Shown here: piece by piece, positions 18,819 through 29,386 of the stretch | How positions within the stretch are numbered: position 1 is the stretch's first letter | How the letters are laid out: every line of letters starts with the position of its first letter | Source: Candidatus Bathyarchaeia archaeon | GTDB lineage: Archaea > Thermoproteota > Bathyarchaeia > Bathyarchaeales > Bathycorpusculaceae | NCBI GenBank assembly: GCA_050010515.1 | Contig: JBEKKX010000012.1 | Location: forward strand, 1 to 64,000 | Length of the DNA: 64,000 nucleotides | Direction: 5' to 3' | The notes under the pieces: model-generated | Database searches by the model: none | What the model saw: only the letters and a program-made list of their open reading frames with translations | What the model was told of the DNA's origin: nothing | Position numbers and translations under genes: made by a program

Positions 18819-19259
18819 ATGGGTTCCAAGTCACCAAGAGGCGAATTCGCCGCAAGACAACTAAAAAAGAAACGGAAGAATTTCCGTTGGTCTAACCGTT
18901 ACTTTAACAGGCGCATGCTTAGGTTAGACGAAAAAGTAGACCCAATGCAGGGTGCACCCCAATCACGGGGCATCGTTCTAGAAAAAGTAGGCGTTGAATC
19001 AAAACAGCCAAACAGCGCCATCCGCAAATGCGTCCGCACACAGCTCATCAAAAACGGTCGTGTCATAACCGCGTTTTTGCCCGGAGACGGCGCACTCAAC
19101 GTTGTAGATGAACATGACGAAGTAGTTGTTGAAGGCATCGGCGGAACAAGAGGCGGCGCAATGGGCGACATCCCCGGCGTACGCTGGAAAGTAGTCATGA
19201 TAAACGGCGTATCTCTAAACGAACTCGTCTACGGACGAAAACAAAAACCAGCAAGGTAA
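18819..19259 (+). CDS. rps12: 30S ribosomal protein uS12 (archaeal S12P)
   Basis: [29 protein letters not shown]. Confidence 0.98.
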   Translation: MGSKSPRGEFAARQLKKKRKNFRWSNRYFNRRMLRLDEKVDPMQGAPQSRGIVLEKVGVESKQPNSAIRKCVRTQLIKNGRVITAFLPGDGALNVVDEHDEVVVEGIGGTRGGAMGDIPGVRWKVVMINGVSLNELVYGRKQKPAR

Positions 19260-19264
19260 CCGAT

Positions 19265-19852
19265 ATGTCACAAACAACTGCTCAACCTCAAGATATCAAA
19301 CTTTTCCAAAAGTGGACATTCAAAGACATCTCAGTTCAAGACATCGGGTTGCAGCGCTACCTCAACCTTACACCCATGGTTGCGCCCCATAGCATGGGAC
19401 GACATGAGCATCAGCGCTTCCGCAAAGCCAAAGTCAACATAGTAGAACGCTTAATCAACAGTCTCATGCGCTCAGGCAAAAACAGCGGCAAAAAAGCCAA
19501 AGCAACCAACATCGTCAAAGAAGCATTCGAAATAATCAACTTACGCACAGGCAAAAACCCCATAGAAATCCTCGTTAAAGCCGTGGAAAACGCATCGCCA
19601 TGCGAAGACACAACACGCGTCAGCTACGGAGGAGTCGTCTACCACCTATCCGTCGACGTCGCACCACAACGCAGAATCGACCTTGCCATACGCCACATAA
19701 GTGAAGGCGCACGAGCCGCAAGCATAAACAACCCACGCAGCATCCAAGAAACACTCGCAGACGAACTGGTTTTGGCAGCAAACAAAGACATCAAAAGCGC
19801 AGGCATTGCCAAACGCAACGAAATCGAACGCGTCGCACAATCAAGCAGATAA
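19265..19852 (+). CDS. rps7: 30S ribosomal protein uS7
   Basis: GRHEHQRFRKA, IVERLIN, VDVAPQRRID, ERVAQSSR. Confidence 0.98.
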   Translation: MSQTTAQPQDIKLFQKWTFKDISVQDIGLQRYLNLTPMVAPHSMGRHEHQRFRKAKVNIVERLINSLMRSGKNSGKKAKATNIVKEAFEIINLRTGKNPIEILVKAVENASPCEDTTRVSYGGVVYHLSVDVAPQRRIDLAIRHISEGARAASINNPRSIQETLADELVLAANKDIKSAGIAKRNEIERVAQSSR

Positions 19853-20169
19853 AAACATCATTTTTCCTTTATTTACTTGGGCAATTCATACGGAAATTTT
19901 TTTGGAATATAATAATTCCTTAAACTAACTGGAAAGTGTGTAGTAGAGGCACGCAATAAGAACCATAAACTGTGCAATAACCAATCTCCTTCAGAACATA
20001 GAGAATAACTCTTCAAAGAAATATGCGGAAATAGAATTAAAACTATTTTTAGCCGATTTTGCACAACAAAAATCTCGCGATATTTGGGAGTAAATTTGAA
20101 CAAGCTTTAATAACTCTTTAATACCGATACACTTCTCCATTAAGGAATCCAATGTGAAGTGAGGATAAT

Positions 20170-21126
20170 TTGAAAAAGATAATAACGGCTGTAATTCTTG
20201 TAGCTTTAATCGTAGCTGCGTTTAGCATGTTGTCGGCACCGACTGTGAAAGCGAATACTTCCGAAGCTAAGGTTCTCAGTTACAGTTGGTACGTTACTCC
20301 TGACTCTATTATAGCAGAGTACGTCGGTGATTTGGTTGCGGTCGGCGAGATACAAAATGTAGGTACAAACGTCATAGGGTACGTGGATGTTGCAGGCGCT
20401 GCTTACAATTCCTCCAATACGATGGTAGCGTCCGCAACTGGTATAGTATATGGAAACAATCTGCTTCCTGGACAGAAGGCTCCTTTCTACTTGGATTTTA
20501 CTCCTCAGAATAGCGTGACCCAAAGCCAAAGCTGGGTTCCTTCAGTTACCAACGTTACCGTTTTAGTAGCTTACGTTAATGATACTACTCAAACTCCGTA
20601 TTCAGGTCTTTCGATTGCAGCCGGATCCACTGGCATTGACATCCGTGGTACGTACACTGCTTCCGGAACCGTTCAGAACACTGGCGACGGGGCAGTCGGG
20701 AATGTTTTTGTTGTTACCACATTTTATAATGCTTCCGGAACGGTTGTAGCTATGAATTACTCAGCTTCTTACTTATCTACCTCGTTTTCGCCTGGTGAGT
20801 CTGCGTCGTTTACGGCAACGCCGACGGATAATACAGCTCAGTTATCAAGTGAAATAGCAAATTATTCTTTCCTGATTCAGTCCTCGCCGCTAACAACTTC
20901 ACCCACACCTTCCCCGCCGCCTTCGGCAACACCTACTTCTTCTTCAACTGCCTCGACGCAGCCTACAAAATCTCCAGCTCCGATATCTTCGGTGCTAATA
21001 TATGCGGGAGCAGCCGCGGTAGTGGTAGTTGTAGTTGTTCTTGTGGCTTTGTTGTCTCTTAGGAGGCGCAACAAGAATGTGCAGTTTGAGCAACCACCGC
21101 CACCACCACCACCGCCTCCGCCATAA
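20170..21126 (+). CDS. Secreted FxLYD-like Ig-domain protein with TM anchor and poly-Pro tail
   Basis: Signal peptide, two GE.QN.G / GTVQNTG…FYN..G domains, Ser/Thr/Pro linker, poly-Val TM, terminal P10. Confidence 0.85.
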   Translation: MKKIITAVILVALIVAAFSMLSAPTVKANTSEAKVLSYSWYVTPDSIIAEYVGDLVAVGEIQNVGTNVIGYVDVAGAAYNSSNTMVASATGIVYGNNLLPGQKAPFYLDFTPQNSVTQSQSWVPSVTNVTVLVAYVNDTTQTPYSGLSIAAGSTGIDIRGTYTASGTVQNTGDGAVGNVFVVTTFYNASGTVVAMNYSASYLSTSFSPGESASFTATPTDNTAQLSSEIANYSFLIQSSPLTTSPTPSPPPSATPTSSSTASTQPTKSPAPISSVLIYAGAAAVVVVVVVLVALLSLRRRNKNVQFEQPPPPPPPPPP

Positions 21127-21364
21127 TTTTTTTTCTTTCATGTTAAATTCTATTGCAGCATTATTTTTTGTCTATTTGAAGCTCTGTATTGACGAACTAT
21201 TTGAGTAATAACAGCATCTAAGTTCTATTTCGAAGCTTTCTCCTTCCATAAACTATCTATTGCACCTAATCTCAACTTGAAAACCCCAAAAATGCTTTAG
21301 GTTCCACAGAATTATGCGTACACATACGCTCAGTATATAAATTGAAACCAAAATTTTTTGGCTG

Positions 21365-22549
21365 CTATATTCTCGTGTGAATCTCCACTATATCCCCATC
21401 TTCCAACAGGAAACCTAAACCAACCTTCTTAGGACTAAACGGCAAACGCTTAGCCCACACCATCGCGAACAAGAAATTCGACACAAACTCCTTATGAATA
21501 TTCTTCGCCAACTCATTAATAGTGGCTCCTTGCTTGAGCACAAAAGGACGACCCGTTGATTTCCTTGACCCAGGCTCCTTAGTATAGACACGGATAATCC
21601 CTAAACTTTCAAAAAGTAACTTCCCAAACTCGTCAAGACCCACTTTATGTTCACATGATACTGCAATAACAGGCAACTTCCCATTCACATACTGCTTCAA
21701 AATGCGCAGGTTAGCTTGGGCACCCTTAACATCCATCTTGTTCGCAAGAACCAACGCAGGCTTATAAGTGGTAGTTTCAAAAATCGCGTCCTCCACATCA
21801 TCAAGCCGCACATCACCGCTGATTTTGACAATCGCGTCAGATATTTTGTAGCTGCGCAGCAAATCTTCCACATCATTCATCGAGCAATCCAAAAGCCTAC
21901 CCACCAAAATAATTCGCAAAGCCGCACCAGCATGCCGACGGTCAATATCCACACGACCACTTGGCCTACTTACAAGCACTCGGCTCTTCTCCAACTCACC
22001 TATAACAAGCTCCAGTTGCCCCACGGGATCGCGTGATAAATCAACCATCAAAACCACGCCGTCAGCATTCCGTGCCAATCCAAGCGTCAACGGACCCCAT
22101 GCCCGCCCATCCGCACTGCCTTTCATAATCGCAGGCGCCTCAACAATCTGGAACTGCACATCCAAATAATTCATAATCCCCGGCACAGGCTCACGAGTCG
22201 TATAAGGCGCTCCAGAAATAACCACGTTCGCATTTGTCAGGGCGCTCATCAAGCAACTCTTGCCAACACTCGTCATGCCAATCAACGCTACCTGAGCAGC
22301 ACCCTCCTTTTCAACAAAAAGCTTTGGTCCACCGCTACTCTTGCCCGTGCCCTTCCGCTTCTTATCCTCCAAGTCGGCGCGGATAATAGCCATCTTCTTC
22401 TTAATTGTACCTCGAAGCTTAAGCGTGCCCTTGTGCTGAGGAACACAGCTAAGGAACTCCTGCATCTTCTGCAGCTTCTCTCTGGGAGTATGGGCAGCTT
22501 CAACCTCCTCCCACTTATCCAACGCTTCAGGCGGCAAATTAGTCGGCAT
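21365..22549 (-). CDS. DRG/OBG-family GTPase with TGS domain
   Basis: MPTNLPPEA, PQHKGT, GMTSVGKS, PYTTREPVPG, NKMD, RVYTKEPG, TGS end LEDGDIVEIH. Confidence 0.93.
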   Translation of the reverse strand: MPTNLPPEALDKWEEVEAAHTPREKLQKMQEFLSCVPQHKGTLKLRGTIKKKMAIIRADLEDKKRKGTGKSSGGPKLFVEKEGAAQVALIGMTSVGKSCLMSALTNANVVISGAPYTTREPVPGIMNYLDVQFQIVEAPAIMKGSADGRAWGPLTLGLARNADGVVLMVDLSRDPVGQLELVIGELEKSRVLVSRPSGRVDIDRRHAGAALRIILVGRLLDCSMNDVEDLLRSYKISDAIVKISGDVRLDDVEDAIFETTTYKPALVLANKMDVKGAQANLRILKQYVNGKLPVIAVSCEHKVGLDEFGKLLFESLGIIRVYTKEPGSRKSTGRPFVLKQGATINELAKNIHKEFVSNFLFAMVWAKRLPFSPKKVGLGFLLEDGDIVEIHTRI

Positions 22550-22945
22550 ACAAACTTCACAGATACTATCCCCAAATCAACTTTAAGACTATTTCTAGTT
22601 GCACTCCTTAAAATTGCCTGAGAAAAACAAGTTTCAGCTAAAAAGCTGGAAGGTGTCAGCCGCAAATGAGGGAGCAAGTAAAGAATGTTATGTGATACTT
22701 TGGACCACGTATGCTTTTGCATCATTCAGGCTTTTAGCTATGCATCACGCTGTTGACGGGTTTAAGAAACCGAAGAAAAAAGCCGTGAAAAACCAGCAGA
22801 AGTATTCAGCGGCAGTCTGAATCTGAATCGCTTTAACTGTAGAAACTGTCGGCTAACAAAAAGTTCTGGCCTGTTATCTATTAACACATGAGATATTAGA
22901 AAGTTTTTTATACTCTCTCTGACCTCCATATAACTGATTATAGTT

Positions 22946-24619
22946 ATGGGAGTAAATAAGATAGCCAATTCTATCGATTTTGTTCAATCAAAGCCCGATA
23001 AGCAGACTTACCCATTAATGCATTCTTCAAAAATCCCTCTTTCCCAAGACATAGATAACGGTGATAACAGCAGGGATTTGCTTGAAGAGTTAGGAATAAG
23101 CAGTCAACAATTCCGAATTTTATTTAACAATCTACCTCAAGGCGTGGCTTTGTATAAAATGGTTTTTGATAAAGACGGCGCGCCTGTTAACTTCATTCTC
23201 CTTGAGAGTAACAAGGTATATGATGATATTCATTCTTTTAAAAGACAACGAATTGGAAAGAAAGCAACGCAGTTCAATCCTAAAATAAAAAATGACTCTA
23301 TAGACTGGATAGGCATTTACGGCAGAGTAGCCACCACTGGTATGCCAGAGCATTTTGAAACTTACTGTAAGCCTCAGGATAAATGGTATCAAGTTTACGC
23401 TTACAGTCCAAAGAAGACCTATTTTGTTTCAGTATTTATGGATATAACTGAGCAAAAACAGATAAAAGCAATAGAGCTTGAGGAACAAGAGAGATGGGAG
23501 CAGCAACTTGTTATTTCAGAAAAAAGGTACCGCATGCTCTACGAGACATCTCAAGACGGAATTATGGCCAGAGACTTGAAGGGACGAATGATTGGTTGCA
23601 ACAAAACCTACGCAAAAATGCTTGGTTACTCAAAAAAAGAACTAAGACACATAGCTGTCCAGCAGTTACTGCCTGAGAAGTGGCAGGAACAAAGCGAAAA
23701 AATCGTTAATAAAACGCAGCGAACTGGTCGCTCCATTGTTTTGGAAATAGAATATAAGCGTAAGGATGGCTCGGTTTTTCCGGCGTCTGTTAAAACTTGG
23801 CGGTTGACTGACGGAAAAGGAAAAGTAATGGGCATATGGTGCATTGTTCGAGATATCACCGAGCAGAAGGAGTTTCAAAAAAATCTTCTAGATCACGCGG
23901 GAATTTTAGAAAAAATAATTGAAGAGCGAACAAAGCAACTTAAAGATTCTGAGCGTTTAGCAACTATTGGGCAAACCGCTGGTATGGTTGGGCATGACCT
24001 TCGAAACCCACTTCAAGCAGTAATCGGCGAATTATATCTTGCAAGAAGTGAAGTTGAATCGCTTCCTGAGAGCGAACTCAAGAGCAATTTACAGGAAAGC
24101 ATACAGATAATAGAAGAGCAAGCGGTCTACATGGACAAGATTGTTTCTGACTTGCAAGCGTTCGTACGCCCAGTCAAAATAGATAAACAACCAATCAACC
24201 TAAAGGAACTTGTTACCGTCGTCTTAGGTTCCGTTGTCATTCCAGAAAACATTAACATGAACGCTTGCATGAAACCAGCTTTTCCACAAGTGAAAGCTGA
24301 CCCACAACTCCTAAAGAGGGTTCTAATCAACCTAGTAACTAACTCGGTGCAAGCTATGCCAGACGGCGGAAAACTAACCATAAGCGCACAAGTTAACAGC
24401 CAAGGTCAAGCAGTCGTAACTGTGGAAGACACAGGCGTAGGCATACCTGAAAAAATTAAACCCCAAATCTTTAGGCCTTTATTCACCACTAAACCTCGAG
24501 GGCAAGGCTTCGGCTTAGCCGTCTGCAAACGAGTAATAGAAGCCCATGGCGGCTTTATCAATTTTGAAAGCCAAGAGGGCAAGGGAGCAAAATTCACAAT
24601 TCAATTTCCAGTCAGTTAA
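22946..24619 (+). CDS. PAS-domain sensor histidine kinase
   Basis: Two PAS/PAC domains (VFMDITE, KRKDGSVFP, VRDITE), H-box GHDLRNPLQ, NSVQAM, DTGVGI, GFGLAVC. Confidence 0.95.
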   Translation: MGVNKIANSIDFVQSKPDKQTYPLMHSSKIPLSQDIDNGDNSRDLLEELGISSQQFRILFNNLPQGVALYKMVFDKDGAPVNFILLESNKVYDDIHSFKRQRIGKKATQFNPKIKNDSIDWIGIYGRVATTGMPEHFETYCKPQDKWYQVYAYSPKKTYFVSVFMDITEQKQIKAIELEEQERWEQQLVISEKRYRMLYETSQDGIMARDLKGRMIGCNKTYAKMLGYSKKELRHIAVQQLLPEKWQEQSEKIVNKTQRTGRSIVLEIEYKRKDGSVFPASVKTWRLTDGKGKVMGIWCIVRDITEQKEFQKNLLDHAGILEKIIEERTKQLKDSERLATIGQTAGMVGHDLRNPLQAVIGELYLARSEVESLPESELKSNLQESIQIIEEQAVYMDKIVSDLQAFVRPVKIDKQPINLKELVTVVLGSVVIPENINMNACMKPAFPQVKADPQLLKRVLINLVTNSVQAMPDGGKLTISAQVNSQGQAVVTVEDTGVGIPEKIKPQIFRPLFTTKPRGQGFGLAVCKRVIEAHGGFINFESQEGKGAKFTIQFPVS

Positions 24620-24912
24620 GGCTCAACCATTTCCTTCTCTTTTTCTGTTCCTTTCAATTTCTGCCTTAGGCTATAAATGAAAGCTATGAACCAGAACGCA
24701 ACAGTTGCCCATCCCAACGCGAAACCAATAAGGTTCCCAAGCAAGTAATATGCCACTTCGAAGCCAACGATGGATACGAACGTTAAGAAAGAGCCAACAA
24801 TGCTATAGCCACGTAGCATTTTTCTGTTTTTTATAACTGCTCTTAGCATTAACATCAAAGCGGAAAAATTTACTATGCTAGCGAGACTTAGAGCTAAATT
24901 AGCCGCGTCCAT
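24616..24912 (-). CDS. Small 3-TM membrane protein (PQ-loop/SemiSWEET-like topology)
   Basis: Three hydrophobic helices, LRGYS loop. Confidence 0.7.
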   Translation of the reverse strand: MDAANLALSLASIVNFSALMLMLRAVIKNRKMLRGYSIVGSFLTFVSIVGFEVAYYLLGNLIGFALGWATVAFWFIAFIYSLRQKLKGTEKEKEMVEP

Positions 24913-25055
24913 ATCTTTATTCCTCAAGCCACCACTGTTTTGTACAACTTAAGACTTACGCCCTAGCCAAGCTTTAGGATGTAAAATACCTTAAATCCAA
25001 TCATCCCTATTCATATGAAGATCGCTAAGGGAGAGGGGCGAATTTTTAAAAAAAA

Positions 25056-25190
25056 ATGATTTCACGCGATTGTGACGGTTGCGAGTTGCAGAAGACCTGC
25101 ATTCAACGCTACCTGAAAGTTTCTGAAGGCGAAAAAGTCTACTGCCCAGACGGAACAGCACATCTAGTAGACAACGCAAGCCAAGCATAA
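25056..25190 (+). CDS. 44-aa Cys/His-rich microprotein
   Basis: MISRDCDGCELQKTCIQRYLKVSEGEKVYCPDGTAHLVDNASQA*; G-rich SD-like sequence upstream. Confidence 0.65.
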   Translation: MISRDCDGCELQKTCIQRYLKVSEGEKVYCPDGTAHLVDNASQA

Positions 25191-25416
25191 TCATCTATAC
25201 AAGGAAGAATAGCCTAAATATTCTTCACAACTACTCTTTTTTGGCTCCCGCTTTTTGCGTTAGGCATGTGTGTACAGTTGTTTTATGCTATTTACTTGTT
25301 GAAGTTGGGTGTAATAGTAGGGATGGGAGGTGCTTGGCTGATTTTTAAGCGGTAAAGTCGGAATAGACCCAAGCATGAAAACTATACGCTAAACAAGCAC
25401 GTTACCGTTTAATTTA

Positions 25417-25442
25417 TTAGGTATAAATTAATTTATACCTAA
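25417..25442. promoter_or_regulatory. Perfect 26-bp palindromic operator upstream of a wHTH gene
   Basis: TTAGGTATAAATTAATTTATACCTAA, ending 10 bp before the start at 25453. Confidence 0.75.
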
Positions 25443-25452
25443 ATGAGTTGAT

Positions 25453-25788
25453 TTGTTGTCCCAAGTCAAAGCCTATGCAAGTGAAATACCGAAAGAAACC
25501 AGAGCAATAATAGCGGCACTCGATAATCCAATTCGGCAAGCAATTCTTATACTACTAAGCGAAAAAAAGGGGTTGTCTTTCTCGGATATGCAAAAGGAGT
25601 TTGATATAGAAAAGCTTACGTTAAATTTCCATCTAAAAAAACTATTCTCAAGCGCATTAATAGACCATTATTACAAACACGAAATAGGCAACCAAAAATA
25701 CTCATTTTACTGCATAACCCCACTTGGAAGTCGAATCCTTGCCAGCCTAAACAACGCATTAATCCCGCCAGCACCAGTCCAAGAATAA
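25453..25788 (+). CDS. ArsR-like winged-helix regulator
   Basis: ALDNPIRQAILILL…LSFSDM…LNFHLKKL…YCITPLG. Confidence 0.85.
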   Translation: MLSQVKAYASEIPKETRAIIAALDNPIRQAILILLSEKKGLSFSDMQKEFDIEKLTLNFHLKKLFSSALIDHYYKHEIGNQKYSFYCITPLGSRILASLNNALIPPAPVQE

Positions 25789-25824
25789 CCAGTAGCCAAA
25801 AACAAGAGCTTTGAAATCTAAAAT

Positions 25825-25902
25825 TGGTGGACGGGCCGGGATTTGAACCCGGGACCTCCACGATGCCAACGTGGCGATCATGCCAGACTGATCTACCCGC
25901 CC
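25825..25902 (-). tRNA. tRNA-Ala(GGC)
   Basis: GGGCGGG…CCACG-TT-GGC-AT-CGTGG…GGTTCAAATCC…CCCGTCC-A-CCA cloverleaf. Confidence 0.97.
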
Positions 25903-26080
25903 AAAGCATCTGGCTTCTAAACTTTAATCCGCGTCGTTTAATAAGCGTTTCTTATAGACTTGCGAAAAGAAACCAAAAGGTCCCGAAGGCTTGCAATGGG
26001 CATTTTGATCAAGCATTAATCACAGCGTAGCTTTTTATAATGCAATCGCAAATAGAGAAGCCAAGCAAGGTGCAAATAGA

Positions 26081-27133
26081 ATGCCTAAAGTAAAAGTTGC
26101 ATTAATCGGCGTTGGAAACTGCGCCTCCGCCTTCATCCAAGGCATACAATACTATGGGAAACTTGAGAAAGCGGAAGATTACATTGGCTTGGGCAATCCA
26201 GTTTTGGCAGGTTTAAGCCCAAAAGACATAGAGGTGGTCGCGGCTTTTGATGTTGATGAGCACAAGGTTGGAAAAGACCTCTCAGAAGCGATTTTTGCTA
26301 TTCCCAATAATGCGCCGAAGGTTTCTGATGTGCCTTCCACAGGTGTTAAAGTTAACAAGGGACCATTGCTTGACGGCCTTGGAAAATCAACGAAAGCTAT
26401 TATTCAAGTTAGCAGTGCACCCGACTCAGATGTTGCTAAGGTTCTCAAAGATGCGGGTGCTGAAGTAATGGTTAATTTGCTTCCCAGCGGAGCCGCAAAA
26501 GCTTCGCAATGGTATGCTGAACAAGCCTTAGCGGCAGGATGCGCTTTAGTTAACGCTACGCCGAATTTCATTGCCAGCGATGCTGCGTGGGCTAAACGGT
26601 TCGCTGATGCAAAGCTTCCGCTTGTCGGCGACGACTTGGTAGATCAGGTTGGCTCAACTGCTTTGCACAAAACATTGCTTAAGCTGCTTTCAGACAACGG
26701 GGTAAGAATAGATGAGACTTACCAGCTTGATGTTGGCGGAGGAACCGAATCTGTCGACACTTTAGACCGCACGCGTGATGCTAAACGCCAAATTAAAACT
26801 GAGTCAGTAGCTGCTTCAATACCTTACAAGGCTGAGATAGTGGCTGGCTCCACGGATTACGTCGATTTCCTGCAGAACAAACGTGACAGTTACTTCTGGA
26901 TAAGCGGCGTCTACTTCTGCAATGCACCTATGAAGATTGACCTCAAATTCCAAACTGTTGACGCGCCAAACGCTGGCTCAGTACTCTTCGATGTAGTGCG
27001 AGCTTTGAAACTTGCGTTGAACAAGAAGCTTAATGGCGCGGTGCAGCCAGTTTGCGCTTACGCGTTTAAACGTCCACCCCGAATGGTATCGCTTGAGGTT
27101 GCAGAAAAAGAATTCGCAAAGTTCATAGCTTAA
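26081..27133 (+). CDS. ino1: myo-inositol-1-phosphate synthase family protein
   Basis: IGVGNCASA, VAAFDVD..KVGKDLSEAIF, PLVGDD, D..NAG…D.VR..KLAL. Confidence 0.9.
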   Translation: MPKVKVALIGVGNCASAFIQGIQYYGKLEKAEDYIGLGNPVLAGLSPKDIEVVAAFDVDEHKVGKDLSEAIFAIPNNAPKVSDVPSTGVKVNKGPLLDGLGKSTKAIIQVSSAPDSDVAKVLKDAGAEVMVNLLPSGAAKASQWYAEQALAAGCALVNATPNFIASDAAWAKRFADAKLPLVGDDLVDQVGSTALHKTLLKLLSDNGVRIDETYQLDVGGGTESVDTLDRTRDAKRQIKTESVAASIPYKAEIVAGSTDYVDFLQNKRDSYFWISGVYFCNAPMKIDLKFQTVDAPNAGSVLFDVVRALKLALNKKLNGAVQPVCAYAFKRPPRMVSLEVAEKEFAKFIA

Positions 27134-27147
27134 AACGTTCAAGTTAG

Positions 27148-28248
27148 CTAAAGCTTTGCTAATTCGCTTATTATCTTTTCTTTAACGCCATTTTCTTTCA
27201 ACGTATCTTTTAGATAGTTTATAGTTTTTACAGGTGTCGGGTCTACGCCGTGCAGAAGTGCCAAGTAGATGCTTGTGAAGTCGCCGATGCAAATGGTCGA
27301 CAGCATCTTCGCCAATGGGCTTTTTCCTTGAGCAGGTACTTCAAACAGTCCCACGCCAGCTTTGCCCACCAGCTCTTTTGTAATCTCAATTCTGCTGCGA
27401 ATTTCCGTGGGCTCCTCTCTGTCTCTGATGAAAATTGCGGAGAAGCATTTGCCAAGTTCACCAGCCCGCTCCCACCCTACAATCTCGTTATGGTTAAGCT
27501 CTGAGAAAACCTCCCATTTAGCAGGAACCTTACTGTTCTCATTGAACTGCGTCTTAAAACGCTCAGCTACACTGCGGTAAAAACCAAACCCGTAAACCAC
27601 TGGGGCAGTCTGCCCAATGTTTAGGGCTAAAGTTTTGGAAAAGTTTTCTTTAGTTGGCTTCTCAGGTGAGTTATCCTTGCTGATTTTTTCAAGAAGTGTC
27701 AGGGCTTCAGAGAGTTCTTCGGAGGCGCCTGAAACTAACCCCATTTTCTCCATGCCCAATAGCAGGGGAACGAACAGGTAGGGAAGCGCTGCACGAGGAG
27801 GCATACCCCCTGGAACACGCAGATACGGTACATTGAGCCTTTCAGAGTTCTCCAGCAAGGCGCCGCCGCTGCTTACGCAGAAAATCATGCATTTCCGCTT
27901 TAGTGCGTCAAAAAAAGCGCCTAGGGATTCTTCTGTATCGCCTGAGTAGCTGGTTATTAACACGAGGCTTCTCTTGCCCGCGTATGCAGGAAGCTGGTAT
28001 TCGCGGTTAACTTCAATGGACACAGTTACTTTGTTTCTTGCCCAATCCTTCAGCAGGTCGCCGCCGATTCCTGAGCCACCCATTCCAGCAACAATAATGT
28101 TATCTGGTTTGGGGTAGTTTACTTGGATTTTATTGGCTAATTTGGTTGCTTTATCGTAAAGCTTAGCTGAGTCCAAACAAAAATTAATCATGTTGCTCTT
28201 ATCAACAGCTTTAATTTTTTCAGGTTCATCTAAAATGGGTGTCTTCAT
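27148..28248 (-). CDS. Bifunctional phosphoglucose/phosphomannose isomerase
   Basis: GMGGSGIGGD, SYSGDTEE, PRAA, FNENSK, ELNHNEI, DPTPV. Confidence 0.95.
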   Translation of the reverse strand: MKTPILDEPEKIKAVDKSNMINFCLDSAKLYDKATKLANKIQVNYPKPDNIIVAGMGGSGIGGDLLKDWARNKVTVSIEVNREYQLPAYAGKRSLVLITSYSGDTEESLGAFFDALKRKCMIFCVSSGGALLENSERLNVPYLRVPGGMPPRAALPYLFVPLLLGMEKMGLVSGASEELSEALTLLEKISKDNSPEKPTKENFSKTLALNIGQTAPVVYGFGFYRSVAERFKTQFNENSKVPAKWEVFSELNHNEIVGWERAGELGKCFSAIFIRDREEPTEIRSRIEITKELVGKAGVGLFEVPAQGKSPLAKMLSTICIGDFTSIYLALLHGVDPTPVKTINYLKDTLKENGVKEKIISELAKL

Positions 28249-28348
28249 TTTTTGAATCCTCCAATAACCCGCACTTTTATATCTCATCCCCCACTTTTAA
28301 GCTCAACGCAGACACACATTAACCAAGCGGCAGGAAGCAGAAAGCGTC

Positions 28349-29203
28349 ATGGATAAAAAGAAACTTGCAATCGCCATTCCAGCATCCGTAATCTCTGACA
28401 CGCCACATTTGCGGGAGAAAACATCAAAAATCGGCTTGATTGGACGGGCAGCGGCGATTTTCAGGGTGGATGAAATCATAGTTTACCCAGACAACCCTAA
28501 AGCCAATCAGACAAGAGACTTGGATTTTATTTCGCTGTTGCTAAGTTACTTGGAGACGCCCCAGTATCTTCGCAAAAGACTCTTCAAACTTGAGCCCAGC
28601 TTGCAGTTTGCTGGGATTTTGCCTCCGTTGCGTACGCCTCATCATCCTGTAAGCGGTAAAACCCGGGATTTGAAGGTTGGCGAATACCGTGAAGGCTTGG
28701 TTTTATCTCAAGCTAAAGAGGGCTTGCTTGTGGACATTGGCGTTGATCAGCCGGCGCTTTTGAGGGAAAAACAGTTCGCTGACGGTGACCGCTTAACTTT
28801 GCAAGTTGTTAAAGTTGGCGAACGGGTTGAAGTTCAAACTGTAGATCGTGAGAGCGTTCCGTTTTATTGGGGTTTCAGGGTTCGTGTGGAAAAACGCTCT
28901 TTTGGTCAACTTGCAGGGGATGGCGGGTTTGATTTGGTTATTGCTACCGCAAGAATTGGCGATAAATTCATGGATGTTGCAGGTCAGATAGGGCGAAAAT
29001 TGAGCAACGCCCAACATGTTTTAGTGGCTTTTGGTGCTCCATCGCGTGGTTTGCATGAGATTGCCAAAGAGGAAGGTGCAAGGCTTGAAGCGATTGTTGA
29101 TTTTGTTGTAAACATGATTCCTGAGCAGGGTACTGCGACAGTTAGGACTGAAGAGGCGCTTTTGGCTTCATTAGCCATTTTGAACGTTCAATTTAATCGC
29201 TAA
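28349..29203 (+). CDS. SPOUT RNA methyltransferase (MTH1/SPOUT1 family)
   Basis: GRAAAIFRVDEI, ETPQYLRK, GILPPLRTPHH, YWG, QGTATVRTEEA. Confidence 0.93.
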   Translation: MDKKKLAIAIPASVISDTPHLREKTSKIGLIGRAAAIFRVDEIIVYPDNPKANQTRDLDFISLLLSYLETPQYLRKRLFKLEPSLQFAGILPPLRTPHHPVSGKTRDLKVGEYREGLVLSQAKEGLLVDIGVDQPALLREKQFADGDRLTLQVVKVGERVEVQTVDRESVPFYWGFRVRVEKRSFGQLAGDGGFDLVIATARIGDKFMDVAGQIGRKLSNAQHVLVAFGAPSRGLHEIAKEEGARLEAIVDFVVNMIPEQGTATVRTEEALLASLAILNVQFNR

Positions 29204-29386
29204 TAGGTCACTTTTTACATGCCATTTCAACAGTTAAAAAGTATACCCCTCCCTCCCTCAATTTAACTAACGAAAGATAGTAGTAAAATTGAACCACCTT
29301 TACCTTTGGTCGCCACTGAAAGCATCGGTGTGTTTCTTTAGTTTTCAGCTAAAGGAATAAATCCATCGTTGATTATTTGTGCTTCT

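Noticed and set aside
22560-22945. Short ORFs or an sRNA between the DRG GTPase and the kinase
   Set aside because: No recognisable motifs, convincing C/D boxes or strong structure
25616-26030. ORFs 25616-25909 and 25824-26030
   Set aside because: Shadows of tRNA-Ala
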